64,000 bases of DNA from Isurus oxyrinchus. Its lineage: Eukaryota. The position numbers and the translations under genes are program-made. Shown in pieces: positions 34,992 to 47,272 of the stretch. The notes under the pieces were generated by a model, which saw nothing but the letters and a program-made list of their open reading frames with translations, was not told the DNA's origin and searched no databases. The stretch lies in the NCBI GenBank assembly GCA_026770705.1, contig JANJGN010000003.1, forward strand, positions 184,326,001 through 184,390,000, written 5' to 3'. Positions within the stretch are counted from its first letter, which is position 1, and the number at the start of each line of letters is the position of its first letter.

Positions 34992-35973
34992 GATGATACC
35001 AGGAATATGTTTATACACACCAGGAAGGGATTGATCGGCTGGGTCTCTTTACTCTTAAAAAAAACTGAGGGGTGACCTAATTGAGGTCTTTAAAATTCTG
35101 AAAGGTTTTGATAGAGTGGGTAGTGAGAGAATGTTTCCTTTTTTGGGGAAGAACATAACAAGAGGCCATCAATATAAGATAATCACCAAGAAATCCAATC
35201 GGGAATTCAAGAGGAAACTTCTTTCCTGAAGCAGAAGTGAGAATGTGGAACTCGCTACATAGGGAGCGGTTGAAGCGAATAGAATAGACGCATTTAAGGT
35301 GACGCTAGATAAGCACATGAAGGAGAAGGGAATAGAGGATTACAGTACTAGATTTAGATTTAGGAAAGATGGGAGGAGGCTCAAATGCTGAAATGGTCTG
35401 TTTCTGTGCAGTATGTCCAATGTAATCCTATGTAAATTTGTTTAGTCTGCCTAAAATGCTGCTATTCAAGTATTCTATCCTCATTATGAATTGAAGTATA
35501 ACACTACCAATGCCTATTTTAGTGCTGGATTATGAACTAACTGAAAAACATGTTTTTTTGGGAACCTGTATTGGTCAATTTGGTTTTCATTTTTCCTCTA
35601 ATGTGGCTCTTCGAGACCAGATCAATAAAAGTCATTAGAAAAAAAGAGGAAACTACATCAAACAGCTTAGAAAATATTGCTTTAGATAAGGTCATGTCAA
35701 GGAAAGAACATTGAGTAGCTCTTTTCTTGTTTGCGTTTGCACTTTTGAGCAACAAATCTGCCACTCCAGCTTCGCCATCAATCACTGTGCTGTATTTTAC
35801 TTACAATCAAATCTACTGAACTCCCACAAAATTATTTTTGCTGTTCATGCTCTTTTCTATCATATTCACCAACTCCCTGGCATCTGCCAGCAATGATTCT
35901 TAGCCACTAGACTTTATGACAAAATGGATTATGGAACTACAAGATGGGATTATCATCACAGTAAACTGAAGAT

Positions 35974-37268
35974 TGTTACAATCCCAACTGAGGTTACGCC
36001 GCACAAGCCTGATCCCAGAGTGAAACCCGGCTTGATAGGTCCTAACTTTTGTTTGTTTGTTTAGGTATGTGGAGAGTAGCTATGAACAGAGGCATAGGGA
36101 TCAGCTGATGAACTTTTAATAACAGTATAAAACATGTATTCAACAAGAAAAGATGAACTATATTACAATACTCCTTCACCCACAACTATATCTTTACACA
36201 TGTATAAAGATTTGTAAGGATAACGCAAGTTACAAAAGCTATCTTAAACTCTAATATACACGGTGAGTACACAGTCCATGTAAATCTATGGCACCTTGTG
36301 GTCAGACACACCACACTCTGAAATCAAGTGATAGGTGCCACCTCAACCAGATGCTATGCATCTCTCCTCAACTCCCCCCAGACACTTGTCACACAGTAAA
36401 CCAATCAGGCTCACTGAATTCCGTCCTTCACACAGGGTTTCCAATCTCCACTCTCCAAGACTTCACCTTGGAACCTTCTCTCAAACCAGTGCTTTCTCTC
36501 AGACACCTTCTGCAAGGGTTCACTTCCAGGGTTTCAAACTTTCCTTCTGATGTTCCTCTTGCCTGGGTCACCACATGCATTCAAGCTGTCTTCCACGTAC
36601 TCTGTCTCATCAACTCAGCCATCAACAGCACACCACTGCTTCACATGCCCAAGGCAAAGAGTTACAGACCTTCAGTTGTGTCTTTGGACTTTCTTGCCTC
36701 TTTCAAGCTGTTCTCACTTTAAATCCGCTTTCTGCAGCTTTTGTCTCTTTAAATCTGAAGCATGGAGCCTTTCTCTTTGCTCCACACTCTTAACTTCACT
36801 TAACAGGACCTTTTCCCAGGTTCCTGTCCTTCCTTTGACTAGAAGGTCTTCTTTGGACTTTCTCTTCTTCCACTCCCTTGGATTTTTGGGGTTTTTCTTT
36901 AGCTTGGGTCTGGCTATCTGTCACCTTTGTTCCAGTCTCTCCTGACAGCAACTTTCAGAACCAACTGCACTCAAACAGCTTGCAAGGCAACTGCTGTTTC
37001 TCTTCTTCTGTGTGTGCGTCTGTGGGAGGGACCTGCTTCTCTGCGCTCCTGTTGCTAGGCAACAGTTCTACCCCTGTATGTTTACCTTCTCTTTAGGGGT
37101 TGTAAAACTCCTCGTTAGAAATGCAAGCACCTTTTCGAAGTGAAACTAAAACTCCAGTGACCTTTCTTAACACAAATACAAATGGAACTTAAACTTTAAA
37201 GCTAAAACTCATTCCTAATACCCACAAATGCCAATATAACTTACTTAAACTTTCTCTATTTCCTAACA
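35974..37268. mobile_element. Solo LTR (Gypsy- or ERV-like)
   Basis: TGTTA...TAACA termini, exact 4-bp TSD AGAT at 35970-35973 and 37269-37272, no convincing coding content. Confidence 0.8.
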
Positions 37269-37429
37269 AGATGAAAAGGGCTTATACTTTTTGAAAAGTC
37301 AACAGGCACATGAGAAATACTCTGAAGGATAAACACCTTTCAATACATGTCATCTAATGTTAAAATATGACTCCAAATAGAATAAACTCAAACCACCAAG
37401 CGGGGAGCAGCAATTGGATACTATCCTTT

Positions 37430-40400
37430 GTGGGGATTTTTCTGTGTCCGCTGGTGGCAGACATGATAGGTGGCATGCGCAGACAATATGGTATGATCTG
37501 ATTCATGATGGTGGGAAGGCAGGTTGCGATTTGTCCACTCAGCCCGCCAACAGCAGGCCATGTTTTCCACCAACGGTCATTGGGAGCTCATTTTAATCAG
37601 CATATCATTTAAAGGCCATCCTGCCAGACTCTTGGACTCCCGTCGGATCATCCTTCCACGTAGGCGGGAAAGCACATCAACATGTTTCACAACAACACAC
37701 AGGCAACGTGCACTTGGCAGCCTTCACTTTGGGGGAACTGGAGGTGAGTGAACAGCATCGTTCTGCAGAGCTCGCCAGGGTCGCCTGTTACTTTGCAGGC
37801 TTCAGGGGGCGCCGGGGTAAAGTGCTGCCCTGCCATGGAAGCGACTGTTGTCGGGGGGGGGGGTGTCCGGGGGCAACTGCTGCTAAGCCCTTGAGGCAAC
37901 TGTTGTCGGAGGGGTGTCTGAGGGCAACTGCTGCCCAGCCTTGGAGGCGACTGTTGTCAGGCAGGTGTCGGGGGTCAACTGCTGCCCAGCCTCAGACTGT
38001 GAGTTGGACTGCACTTGTACAATCTCTTCGCCAACACTGGCCATGTAGCAGTCACTGCTGGAGGCGCTCACAGCCCCTTCCAGTCTCAGCATCCTGGTTA
38101 GGAGCAGTCTCCCTCATGTTGCAGGTTGACAGGGCAGCCATGCAGCACACTCATCTGTGGCTATCAAAGGGGTGGCCAACACTCTCCGAGAAGTGTTGAG
38201 GGACCACCACACAGGGCCAGGAAAGGTGCTAAGTACACCCATACTAACCACGTCTCTCTCTCTCTCTCTTTCATGTCACAGGAGGACCACATCAGGAACA
38301 TGGAACATGATGACTTAACTGTATGCCTGATAGTCTACAGAGACTGTAGAAGATGGAGGAGACAGCAACTGAGACTCCTGGCCATGCAAAGGCAGGAGCA
38401 GCAACTTCAGGAAGAAGGGGCTGCTGGGGCACCCACATACACTGCCCAGGTGCGACAGCGAGCCATGGCTGGGTGGCGCCTAACGATGCCCAGGGTCAAT
38501 AGACGCCGCCTGTCATTCCTGCAGATGACTGAGAACCAGTGTCGCCAATGACAGTGCATGTTTAGGGACCTGGTTACTCACATCTGCCACTTACTGCAGG
38601 ACTTGGGCCAAGGGGACATGCAGGGCATCCACTGCCAGTGGCTACAAAAGTCCCCAGCATCACAGATGCCAATCTTCGGCCAATTCGATTCACTCCATGT
38701 GATATCAAGAAACGGCTGAAGGCACTGGATACTGCAAAGGCTATGGGCCCTGGCAATATTCCGGCAATAGTTTTGAAGACTTGTGCTTCAGAACTTGCCG
38801 TTTCTAGCCAAGCTAATCCTATACAGCTACAAAACTGGCATCTACCCAGAAATGTGGAAAATTGCCCAGGTGTGTCCTGTACACAAACAGCAGTTCAAAT
38901 CCAACCTGGCCAATTACAGCCCCGTCAGTCTACTCTCGACAATCAGTAAAGTAATGGAAGGGGTCATCAACAGAGCTATCAAGTGGCACTTGCTTAGCCA
39001 TAACCTACTCACTGATGCCCAGTTTGGGTTCGCCAGGCCCACTCAGCTCCTGACCTTATTACAGCCTTGGTTCAAACATGGACAAAAGAGCTGAACTCCT
39101 GAAGTGAGGTGAGAGTGACCACCCTTGACAGCAAGGCAGCATTTGACAAAGTGTGGCATCAAGGAGCCCTAGCAAAACTGGAGTCAATGGAAATCAGGGG
39201 AAAACTCTCTGCTGGTTGGAGTCATACCTAGCACAAAGGAAGATGGTTGTGGTTGTTGGAGGTCAGTCATCTCAGCTCCAGGACATCACCACAGGAGTTT
39301 CTCAGGGTAGTGTCCTCAGCCCAACCATATTAGCTGCTTCATCAATGACCTTCCTTCCATCATAAGTTCAGAAGTGGGGATGTTCGCTGATGATTGCACA
39401 ATGTTCGACCATTCGCAATTCCTCAGATACTGAAGCAGCCCATGTCCAAATACAGCAAGACCTGGACAATATCCAGGCTTGGGCTGACAAGTAGCAAGTA
39501 ACATTCACGCCACACAAGTGTCAGGCAATGACCATCTCCAATAAGAGAGAATCCAATCATCGCCCCTTGATGTTCAATGGAAATTACCATCACTGAATCT
39601 CTCACTATCAGCATTCTAGGGGTTACCATTGCAGAAACTGAATTGGACGAGCTATATAAAAACTGTGGCTACAAGAGCAGATCAGAGGCTAGGAATCATG
39701 CTATGAGTAACTCACCTCCTGACTCCCCAAAGCCTGTCCACCATCTACAAGGCAAAAGTCAGGAGTGTGATGGAATGCTCCCCACTTGCCTGGATGAGTG
39801 CAGCTCCCACAGCACTCAAAAAGCTTAACATCGTCCAGCACAAAGCAGCCCGCTTGATTGGCACCACGTCCACAAATATTCACTCCCTCCACCACCTACG
39901 CACAGTAGCAGTAGTGTGTACCACCTACAAGATGCACTGCTGGAATTCACCAAGGCTCCTGAGACAGTACCTTCCAAACCCACGACCGCTACCATCTAGA
40001 AGGACAAGAGCATCAGATAGGTGGGAACACCACCACCTGGAAGTTCCCCTCCAAGTCGCTCACCAAACTAACTTGGAAATATATCGCCATTCTTTCACTG
40101 TCGCTGGGTCCAAATCCTGGAACTCCCTTCCTAACAGCATTGTGGGTGTACCTACACCACATGGACTGCAGCGGTTCAAGAAGGCAGCTCACACGACCTT
40201 CTCAAGGGCAACTAGAGATGAGCAATAAATGTTGGCCCAGCAAGCGAAGCCCACATCCTGTGAATAAATAAAAGAATGGTGATGTCCCTTGAACTGACAG
40301 TGAGTGGAGGCCCTGTGGATGTGTGATGGGTTTATGAGTTGAGAGTGATGAGAAAAGTGACTTACCCTGGCGAAATGGAGGAGTTCTTCTTGCAGCACTG

Positions 40401-40869
40401 GGTGGTTGTGAAGGGCATTGGTGCTGACCATCTCTGTCACTGCCTCCTAAGCTGGATTGGTCACATTGCTGCCCGTCCTGCGGCTAGAGCGGGGGTACAG
40501 GACATCCCGGTGGGCCTCCACAGCATCCAGCAGTCACTCGAGGGACCCGTTGTTGAAGCGGGGGGCTGAGATCTTTTTTCCTTTGCTGGCCATGTCTCCT
40601 GGGCTGCGGTGGTGAGCTGGTGGTGATGAGCAATGTGCTAACGGCTGCCTTTTAAACATGGCGGCCAGCATGATGCAATGGTGGAGTGATAGCGGGCGGG
40701 CAAAGGAGAGCCCAGGCGCTAAAGAAGCAGCGTTTTTCCTGGGAATGTGTAAGTAATGTGGTGGGCTCAGGACAATACAACGTGAAAATCCACCATTGCC
40801 ATCGGCGAGTGGAATGCCATTTTGCCCATCTGCTACCCCATTTAGTCTAAATTTGGGAAAATTCCACCC
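37430..40869 (+). mobile_element. Internally deleted Harbinger (Harbinger-4, close to Harbinger-2) with a LINE in place of its middle
   Basis: TSD TTT/TTT. Left ~1.2 kb aligns with 7478-8850, including the transposase N-terminus 'RVNRRRLSFLQMTENQCR'. Right ~600 bp aligns with 11887-12488 (Myb exon 1). Confidence 0.88.
38645..40272 (+). mobile_element. CR1/L2-clade non-LTR retrotransposon, 5'-truncated RT to 3' tail
   Basis: 'WKIAQVCPVHK...NYSPVSLLSTISKVME', 'QGSVL.P', gttcgctgatga (FADD). Tail ..cccacatcctgtgaataaataaaa. Confidence 0.9.
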
Positions 40870-42913
40870 TTTATCTCAGGCTTCAAATTTTGCATGGGCT
40901 GATGAGATAAGTCTTCTTTCTCTCTCACTCTCATTCTCTTTCTCTTTGTCTGTCTGTCTCATTCTCTGTCTGTCCATGTTAGTTGTCAGATTCCAAATTC
41001 TAAGTGGGAATGGGCTCACAGCACAAAAGTACCCATAACTCAACACTTGTTGGCACTAAATGAAAAACCTCACTCAGAGAAGTTGTAAGAATGACAGACA
41101 TGGGAAATTAAAATGTCACACTGGTACAGGACAGGATTAAGGCATCAGGCAGAAGAAGTAATTTTATTCTTTCTCTGACCTATTTTCTCCATGGTCTGGA
41201 ACAACCTGTGAACAAAATTTCACTCTATCTGTTTAATGCTATATCAGGCCTGGAAATGCTTGATGGGCTGTTAAAGAAGGCTTCACTCTGAATCTGACCT
41301 ACACCAATATTCAGTGGATAAAGTAATAATATTTTGAAATTTGCATGAACAACATTACTGCATGTCTTATTTTGTTTCAAAGCAATCTTTTGCAAACTAC
41401 AACAAGCTATTATTACTCACTATCCTTCATGGTGCATTGCAAAACAGAGTCACAATTAAGGAGAAATATAGCAAAATAAACATATCTAACTGAATTGCAG
41501 TAAATATGATTGCCACAAACATAAACTGAAGGAATGAATAAAGTGCCCTAAAATAACGCAAGATGGAATCATGACTAAAATTGAATATTTGGTCCATAGT
41601 TCATTTAGTTTTCATTTACATTGGTTCTTTGTTTAAAGTAAGTTCCTTTTACAAGTACCTCCACAAAACGGAAGCTACATTATCATTAAAAAAACCCAGA
41701 ATATTTGACTCAAACATTGGAAGCAACTGCACAATTCTACAATGAAACAAAGGGGACGACTTTAACCTTAAAACATCTTGAATTACTTACCTGCCCTGGA
41801 GCCACCTGTAAGTGATTCCACAATCCATGACTTTAAAGTGCACACCTGGCAGGGGGTGCAAAATTGTCACAGGCTAGCATAAGTTAAAGCTAGCCTGCTC
41901 TACTTAAAGCCGCTGCTTCTCCTAACAGGGTACATTGTAGTTGCAGCAGATGCTGGAAGTCATTCTACAATTGATTCTGCCCTGTGGAAGATGCAAGTTT
42001 GGCACAACATGGGTGAGAGCAGGTTCTGAAATTTTCTCACACTGCACTGGAGGCCTTGGCTGAGGAGGTGCAGAGCAAGAAAGAGAGGTCCTATAGACAA
42101 ACCATCAGAAGGCATTGTGACCAGATGGCCATGGTGGTCATTACCAGGAGTCAAGGTCCAGTGAGTTGGAATCACTGCTGCAAAAGTTTCATTGACCCCA
42201 AACAAATGGTCAAGATCAATCGACGCATTTCAAATGGATATCTGTCCAGTGTCGGCTATTCAACTGTGGCAGACATTTCACCTAAACACATTGATTCACA
42301 CTGACAGACTTCCCTCACCTAATAGGGCAACAAGAGGCAGCAGGTGCTAACCGGCATGGGGCAGGCATGTCTAGATGTCCTTACCCCAAAGAGGGGACAG
42401 TGCTTGTGATTACTGGAGCAGCCATTGTTGAGGCACGGTGGTGCTGAAACAATAGAGATGATAGAAGATCTTCATACATAATCCTCCTTATATCCAACTT
42501 CCCCTAATCCTACACTCTCTTCTGATTTATAAGCATGCACCTCTTATCTACCTCATACTTTTCAACAATCCCCTCATTACAACTCTACTCTAGTGCCTTT
42601 CTCCTTTCAGATGCTGAAGACCTGCAACCTGACCAGGCTTTCATGGAAGAGCAACAGATGGAAAAGCAAGATGACAGGAATGTTAGAGAAACACCATCAT
42701 TCAAACTCAACCTTGCAGCCACCAACTCTGATACTGACACTGCATGCACCTTACAGGATAGCTAAAAGGCTGATATGCACATGGTGAGACATCAGACATC
42801 AATGGTCTGCAGCCATGGCTTGGAGCAAGGTAAGTACAGGTGCCAACCTTTTGGAGGGTATGGTCACATACCAGCTTTGTTGTAAAAGATTCAGATAAAA
42901 GACTACAGATGAG

Positions 42914-42999
42914 GTTCTGATGAAAGATCATTGACTCTGTTTCTCTCTCCACAAATGCTGCCAAATTTGCTGAGCATTTCCAGAATTTTCAGTTATTAT
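42914..42999 (+). mobile_element. Short Penelope-like insert with internally deleted hammerhead
   Basis: gttctgatgaaagatca...actctgtttctctctccacaaatgctgcc...gctgagcatttccag, with approximate TSD tacagatgagg/tacagaagaagg. Confidence 0.6.
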
Positions 43000-43729
43000 T
43001 ACAGAAGAAGGCTGATAGGTTTTGAAAATAGGAGCAGGAGTAGGCTTTCGAGCCTGCTCTGCCATTCTTTATGATCATGGCTGATCACCCAACTCAAAAG
43101 CCTGCTCCCGCTTTCCCCCCATATCCTATAGAAACATATGCTTGTTGCATTGAAAAACCTTCAAGAAAGTTTGTATGCAATGTCAAGGAGCATGGAGGAA
43201 TCCAGGACCAACTTTGTGCAGAGCTTGGAGCCTGTGCTTTCCAGTGTGGAAGTGGTGTCCAACTTCATGACAGCACTTGTGAACCCAATGTCTGATGGCC
43301 AATGTATTAACTTCCATTGCAGCACAAATTCTAAAAGCCTTCCCGCCACCAGATTCTTGTAAGGGTTCTTCAAGCTCCCAAGCTCAATGGTAATGCGGTG
43401 TTCCTGAAACAGCTTGTCCCTTAACAGAGCGGAAAACTCGGGCAAGATCAGTCCGTATTACAGCTAGGGGACCATTCAGTAAATGGAGCCTAGTGCACAA
43501 CTGGAGCAGAGCAACCTTTAAGGTGTCATGTTCAATGGCAAAGATACAGATGGCAGTGTAAGAAGTGACACACTCTCGTACAGCTAACATGAGATGTCGT
43601 TCACGCATGATAATATCAGCAGGAAATAAAATGTCAATGACCTTTGGAGGGTCACTCAAAAACTGGGGGTCAATAGTGTGAGGGACTGAAGAGACACAGT
43701 CTTCTGAGTTTGGACCTGGGAGACACCTT

Positions 43730-45758
43730 GGCCCGAATTTGCAGCCAAACAGAAGGGTTCCTCACCTTAGCCAAACTGATGCCAGAGCCCCAATTCCTCA
43801 AGTCCCACCCCAAAGGCAGCACCAATTAATTTTGCATGGGGTAGGGGTTGGGGGGAATAAGGGTAGGTTGTAATTCACACATCCACAGTTAACTGAGGTA
43901 GCGGCACATTTATAAGTGCAGCTGCCTTGATTCAGGAGCAATTTTCATCACCCAGGTTTCTGAACACGAATCATGGGCTTTAGACATTTGAAGAAAAGGT
44001 CTAAATGTACCAGAATTCTTTGGAGAGGTTAGGTACCCTTTTGGAGTGGTCAGGGTACCCTTTTGGACAACTCAGGTATCCTTTTGGAGAGGTTCAAGTA
44101 CCCCTTTGGGATTTTTAACAGTAGGCATTAATGTGCATAAAACATGGATAAACTCTGTGGAACTATGAAGCTGTCATGCCATTTAAATCCCCTGCCCTTT
44201 AAATTTTGAAAAAGAAACAGCCTGCTGTGACTTGCAGTTGAAAAAAGTAGGTGCTTGTAAGTTCAAAAGATGTTTGTTGACATATGCCTGAGGGTTTTCA
44301 CTATAGTATTAGTGCTACTTGACTGCTTCCGCAAACTATCATTATCAGACTGGGAGCTGTAAATTCAGTTTCACTGAGCAGTTATAAAGTAAATAGCTGT
44401 CTTTGATGTGCGGCTGTGAATACAAATGTTTGTTTTCATAAGGGATTAAGTACTTGAAGGAAATGTTTGCTTTTTGATTACAGTGGGCAAAATTTTTACC
44501 TCAGCGGGCACACGCCCAACCCGCTCAAACATAAAGTGATGCATGTTAACGCCGGGCGAGCGTCCTGATGTCAAGATGCAGTCATGCAATATTTCAGTCG
44601 GCAGGTGCGCGCTGGAGTCGGCAGCGCACCCACTGACAATTAAGTCATGTTAAGGCCATTAAGAAGATAATTGAATGCAATTTTTCGCAGCCCATCCAAC
44701 TTTACGGTTGGTGGGCAGGTAAAAATGCCTAGCGGCCTTTGCACCTTTTAGGAAACCTCGTCCATGGGCAGGATGAGCTTTCCTAAAGCAAATAAAAATA
44801 AAATAAAAAATTTAAAATTTAATTAATAATATATCCCTGCTCATGCAACAGAGTCACATGAGGGGACATGCTTTATTACATTTTTCTTATCTTTATTTTT
44901 TAAAAACTCTTCATCTCCCTGAGGCAGCTCTGTGCCACTTGCATTCCCCCACCCCACTCCACCTGCACAAGCACTGAGCACTACCGCTCACATTGCACAT
45001 CGTTGCCTTCTGGCCTCAATCGTAGGCAGTGATTGGTTTCCTAACCGCCCCCACCCAGCCCTGCTGAGCCCACCCGACAAGGGCGAAAATTCTGCCCAAT
45101 GAAGTCTATAATAGATACATAGAGCTTTATTTTATTCCCTCTCAGCATGGCTCCCGAAGTCTGCACATGGCGGATGCTGGGTGAGTTGGCATAGAGGGTG
45201 TAAGGGCAAAGGGTGGTGGGTGTGGGTCATGGGTGGCCACGAGTTGGCATTAAGTTGGCATAGAGGCTATAAAGGGCAATGGGGCTGAGTGGAGGTCATG
45301 GATGCCATGAATTGGCATAAAGTTCTCATGGCGTATATGAGGGGCCATGGGTGTTAGGTAGAGGGGCATAAGTTGGCCATGGAGGATGAGGGTTGTTGGG
45401 GTGGGTAGAAGGGCATAGGTTGGCATGGAGGCTTGAAGAGACATGAGTTGACATGGATGAGACATGGGGAGTGGGTGAGGTGTGAGGGGTAAGGGCTAGA
45501 GGGCTGTTTTTTGTTTTATTATTTTTAATACAACTGGAACAAAGTCCCACACTAACAGGGCAGGCCTTTTGAACAGCTTGCCTCAGCACCCGACATACCC
45601 GGTGGCTGAATCTGCAATGGGGGTAACCCGACTCCATTAGCACCTACCCCTCTGGAATGAAAATCCAACTATTCGAGTCACTTTCTCCCAAGTCAGGTTT
45701 GTGGAGTTGCAAAATTTCCCAACTCTGCACATCCAACTCAGGAGCAAAAATTCAGCCC
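43730..45758. mobile_element. Non-autonomous Harbinger-type element (second family)
   Basis: TSD CTT/CTT, TIRs ggcccgaattt / aaattcagccc. Related in reverse orientation to 61099-62088. Confidence 0.78.
44485..45097 (-). mobile_element. Harbinger-type hairpin MITE, copy 5
   Basis: TIRs gggcaaaatttt / aaaattctgccc, TSD AGT/AAT. Confidence 0.85.
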
Positions 45759-46657
45759 CTTTTCAGCCTTAATTACCTTCTCGCTGCCAATCTGTCAGCC
45801 ACTGATGCATTTGCACCACCCGCACCTCATAACTTTTGTCAGCAGCAGGATGATGTCGGGACATGTTTCAATGTCATTTTACCTGTTCACCCACCTCCAT
45901 TCCTGCCACCATGGGACCAGTAAATTTCAGCCCATAGAAACTAGTTATAAACTAGTCTTCCATGTGAAAAACAAAAGCCTGGCCTACCTGGCCAGGTGGA
46001 AGTAAAAAATTCCATGGCACCATTCCCTGAGCAGGGAGCTCTCCAAATATCCTGGCCTACTTTTGACCACCCACTGATGGCTATTGTCCATTTTGTTTGT
46101 ACAGGACAACTATTAGGTTTGCTGGGTTCATGTTTATATCAGCTACTAGGAAATTCCAGAACTATATAATCTCTTGAAAACAAGTCAACAAAATAATCAG
46201 CTTTTTTTAAAAAAAGCACTTTGTTATGCATTTTATCTTCCGATCAGATATATGGACAACTTCTGGTAGAATAAGGGGAAAATGTGCAGCTTTAAATCTA
46301 AAAAAAAAGCCCATTGAATTTGTTCAATGTCTTCCTGTGTTTTTACAATTTCCCTCCCTTCAGAGCTTCCCCTCTACTATTGTTCAAATTATCAAGTTAC
46401 CCAAACAAGTGGATAATTGGCTGGTCTGCATCAAGATAACTAGAGACCAGCAGCTTTATGTATTCAAATTGGCAACTGACTGGCAATTGTACAGACACTG
46501 GGGTGGACTTTATGATCAAGATTAAAACATTTCTAGTGACTTTAACAGTGAGAACGATGGTTCTAACCTGAGTGCAGATACATGGTCCTGAAATCACCAG
46601 GGGATCATTAACCAGGAATATGGGTTAAATGGGAAAACTGGAAAGCTGCAATTCAAA

Positions 46658-47272
46658 GGGGAGAATTTTCATGTCGGCATGCGGGGGCAGACCCAGCACA
46701 CCAACACATAAAAAATGATGCACAGTGACATCGGGTGTGAGTCCCAACATCACCGTGCATCATTCAGATCTTTTGTTTGGCAGGCATGTGCCAGAGGTGG
46801 CTGTGCACCTACCGAACCATCAAAAGCCCATTAAGGCTGTTAAGAAACCAATTACAGTAATTATCAACGTTGCCCGTCCAACCTTAAGGTTGATGGGTAG
46901 GCAAAGAGCCCAAGCGGCCTTCGCGTTTTTCAGGAAACCTCATCCATGGGTGGATTGAGGTTTCTTGAAGGTTTTATTAAGTAAATAAATATTTTTTCCA
47001 CAATTCATAAATATGTCCCAGCTCATGTGACACTGTCACATGAGGGGACATGACTATATAATTTTTATCTTTCTTTATTTGAAACCTTCAATTTGAACTT
47101 AATCTCCCGGAGGCACGGAGTTTCTGTGCTCTTTCACCCGCATGTGCCAACTCTCCCCCCACCACCCGCACAGATAGCGCTGAGCGCTACCGGCCGTGCA
47201 TCGCGCTGGGCAAGCTTTAATTGGCCCATCCACATTAAATGGATGATCACAAGCAGCAATCGGCTCTGCACC
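46658..47272 (-). mobile_element. Harbinger-type hairpin MITE, copy 6, one end lost
   Basis: ggggagaattttc TIR, ccaaccttaaggttg and catgtgacactgtcacatg palindromes. Confidence 0.83.

Larger units (their letters stand above)
32600..35432 (+). mobile_element. Composite CR1 LINE ORF2 remnants to the 3' tail, with nested insertions
   Basis: 'EHLGNSDHNIIR', 'LNNYFASVF', 'GVPQGSVLGP', 'IEYKSKEVMLNLCKTLIRLQLEYCVQFWAPY'. Tail tgtaatcctatgtaa. Confidence 0.85.
41752..45933 (+). mobile_element. Old Harbinger remnant with Myb-like gene (Harbinger-5), host of nested insertions
   Basis: Myb N-terminus-like 'KFSHTALEALAEEVQSKKE' at ~42030. Possible TIRs ggggacgacttt / aaatttcagccc, TSD AAA/ATA. Confidence 0.55.

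Noticed and set aside
36288-37096. ORFs of 70-144 aa inside the solo LTR
   Set aside because: Ser/Leu/Phe-rich products of pyrimidine bias with no gag, pol or env motifs.
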